Shown: positions 30,336-32,000 of the stretch, piece after piece
How positions within the stretch are numbered: position 1 is the stretch's first letter
How the letters are laid out: the number at the start of each line of letters is the position of its first letter
NCBI GenBank assembly: GCA_020160975.1
Contig: JAIUPJ010000001.1
Location: forward strand, 870,001-902,000
Origin: Candidatus Saccharimonadota bacterium
Lineage (GTDB): Bacteria > Patescibacteriota > Saccharimonadia > Saccharimonadales > Saccharimonadaceae
Reading direction: 5' to 3'
Length of the DNA: 32,000 nucleotides
Position numbers and translations under genes: made by a program
The notes under the pieces: generated by a model
Told to the model about the DNA's origin: nothing
The model's input: only the letters and a program-made list of their open reading frames with translations
Database searches by the model: none

Positions 30336-31532
30336 ATGAAAATTCTGATAGTTGGCGGTGGATTTGCTGGGGTACGTGCGGCACTTGAATTGGCCCGTGA
30401 TGCGACCAACGATATAACATTGGTGTCTGATAAGTCTGATTTCCAATACTACCCGACGCTCTATAGTAGCGCGACCGGACATAGTCACGCCGAATCATGG
30501 GCACCGCTGGGCGAGATATTTGCTGAGTACGATAATGTGACTGTATATATCGATGAAATCTCTGGAATTGATGCCGAGGCAAAAACGGTGACGGCAGTAT
30601 CTGGTACGGTGTATCACTATGCAACACTCATTATGGCTATTGGCATGGTGACATCGTACTTTGCCATTCCTGGCCTCGAAACATACTCGCACGGCATCAA
30701 AAATGCCGAACAAATCAAGCGTTTGAAACAGCAATTGTTTGTGGATATCGCCGAACGCCGTGAGCTCGACAAGAATTATATCGTGATTGGTGCGGGGCCA
30801 ACAGGAGTGGAACTAGCGGCAGCACTCGGGACTTACATCAAGCGACTATGCCGCTATTATGGAGTGAAGAAGTCAAATGTTAGAGTACGGCTGGTCGAGG
30901 CCGCGCCGCGCGTACTGCCCCGGTCAAGCAAGATGACGAGCCGAAAAGTCATGAAGCGACTCAAGCAATTAGGTGTTCGTGTCGAAGTCAACAAGCGTGT
31001 TGAGAGCGCAAACGCAAAGCAGTTGATTGTCAGCGGTAGGCCAATCGAAAGTCATACTGTCATTTGGACATCAGGTGTGACAAACCATCCATTCTTTGCT
31101 AATCATCCCGAAGTGTTCCGTATGGCGCAGAACGGCAGAGTAGAAGTTAATGATTATCTCGAAGCTGCTCCGAATATTTATGTGCTCGGCGACAACGCGG
31201 CCACACCCTATACCGGCCTGGCGCAAACGGCGCTTCACGACGCCGTGACGGTCGCCCGCAACTTGCGCCGCAAAGCGAATAACAAAAAGCCAAAAAAATA
31301 TCGAGCACGATTGCCGGCGTCAGCAATCCCTGTGGGCAAACGCTGGGCGGTGATAGAGTGGCGGTGGATTCGTATCTACGGTATCGTCGGGGCAATGATC
31401 CGTAGAGTGGCTGACTTGATTGGCTACATGGACATCATGCCAATCGGCACTTCGATTGGAGCGTGGCGGGCCGCACGTGTGTATGAGAACGATTACTTTA
31501 CGCCGACAGTGAAGATGAAGAGGATAAAGTAG
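30336..31532 (+). CDS. ndh: Type II NADH:quinone oxidoreductase (NDH-2)
   Basis: Two dinucleotide-binding motifs (KILIVGGGFAGV and YIVIGAGPTGVELAAAL) and VLGDNA. SD aggggaag upstream. Confidence 0.85.
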   Translation: MKILIVGGGFAGVRAALELARDATNDITLVSDKSDFQYYPTLYSSATGHSHAESWAPLGEIFAEYDNVTVYIDEISGIDAEAKTVTAVSGTVYHYATLIMAIGMVTSYFAIPGLETYSHGIKNAEQIKRLKQQLFVDIAERRELDKNYIVIGAGPTGVELAAALGTYIKRLCRYYGVKKSNVRVRLVEAAPRVLPRSSKMTSRKVMKRLKQLGVRVEVNKRVESANAKQLIVSGRPIESHTVIWTSGVTNHPFFANHPEVFRMAQNGRVEVNDYLEAAPNIYVLGDNAATPYTGLAQTALHDAVTVARNLRRKANNKKPKKYRARLPASAIPVGKRWAVIEWRWIRIYGIVGAMIRRVADLIGYMDIMPIGTSIGAWRAARVYENDYFTPTVKMKRIK

Positions 31533-31629
31533 TTCTACAGTCTACGCTCTATACTGCGACATTGTTCTCGAAAGCACATAAGAATTTCTCGCTCGTTTTC
31601 TCAGTAGTTTTACAAAATTGTTGCGCAAA

Positions 31630-31649
31630 TCACACTACATCTAGTGTGA
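31630..31649. other. Perfect 8-bp hairpin in the ndh-downstream intergenic region
   Basis: tcacacta (31630-31637), loop catc, tagtgtga (31642-31649). Confidence 0.5.
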
Positions 31650-31664
31650 AAGCCATGATAATTT

Positions 31665-31673
31665 TGCTACAAT
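31665..31673 (+). promoter_or_regulatory. Extended -10 promoter element TGcTACAAT
   Basis: ttTGcTACAAT lies about 31 nt upstream of ATG 31705, which has SD gaagaggg. Confidence 0.4.
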
Positions 31674-31704
31674 TAGTGGAGCGACGTTAATAGAAGAGGG
31701 AAGC

Positions 31705-32000
31705 ATGGCGACAACAAAAGTACAGCGCTACGGTATTTTGGCGATTTTAATTGTGACGGTAATCGGGACGATTGGTTCGTTCGCGGTACTAGTTCTTGGT
31801 ACGCAAAATCAAGCCAAGGAAGCAGCTGATCAGCAAAAAGTAGTCAGCGACTACCAAGAGAAATACAAAGAATATACCGCAAAAGTAACCGCGCAGGGTG
31901 ATGAGCTTTCAAAACAATACTATGGCACGTTTAGCCCGTATAGCTCTCAGGTAGCGGCATTTGATCTCGATGGTGTTAGGGAGTTGGCAACAGAGGATCT
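31705..32000 (+). CDS. Hypothetical membrane-anchored protein, 3'-truncated by the window edge
   Basis: Manual translation is open to the window end: MATTKVQRYGILAILIVTVIGTIGSFAVLVLGTQNQAKEAADQQK... (N-terminal TM helix, then a polar helical region). It is not in the ORF track because no stop falls in the window. Confidence 0.6.
   Translation, partial: MATTKVQRYGILAILIVTVIGTIGSFAVLVLGTQNQAKEAADQQKVVSDYQEKYKEYTAKVTAQGDELSKQYYGTFSPYSSQVAAFDLDGVRELATED

Noticed and set aside
1-32000. Alternative genetic code (UGA recoded, as in some CPR lineages)
   Set aside because: UGA terminates several well-conserved genes at the expected C-termini (the cdd/pheT, cyoB/cyoC and cyoC/cyoD ATGA junctions). 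No conserved gene needs read-through of an in-frame UGA.

Overview
The window is a compact, mostly plus-strand stretch of a small-genome bacterium using the standard code (UGA is a stop in several ATGA overlaps). Gene content and style suggest a Patescibacteria/CPR lineage such as Saccharibacteria; that is inference only. Order: leuS (5'-truncated by the window edge), small membrane ORF (-), rpmF, nusB, Nudix, rnc, rpsP, KH-domain khpA-like, two minus-strand hypotheticals, trmD, membrane ORF, tRNA-Gln(CUG) with degenerate tRNA-3'-end copies, VIT-like (-), hisS, an envelope cluster (secreted ORF, PAP2, membrane ORF), rmuC, MIP channel (-), pheS, COG3323-like PII-fold ORF, cdd, pheT. Next comes an accessory block: transglutaminase-like/helical-repeat ORF, Mu Gam-like (-), ArsR, FMN reductase, ABC exporter, tautomerase-like (-). 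The window ends with cyoABCDE, a type II NADH dehydrogenase, and a 3'-truncated membrane-anchored ORF. The most unusual observation is LeuS: its CP1 editing domain is flanked by two extra modules, an ASCH/PUA-like domain on the N side and a Nudix domain with a perfect Nudix box on the C side. Other points: a recurrent TATA(C/A)T-N6-8-ATG geometry implying leaderless mRNAs; pheS/pheT split by two translationally coupled genes; G+C-rich minus-strand gene islets (Gam-like, tautomerase-like) among the plus-strand core genes; tRNA-Gln 3'-end remnants; several unexplained intergenic repeat and hairpin arrays. No CRISPR array, transposase, integrase or rRNA was seen.
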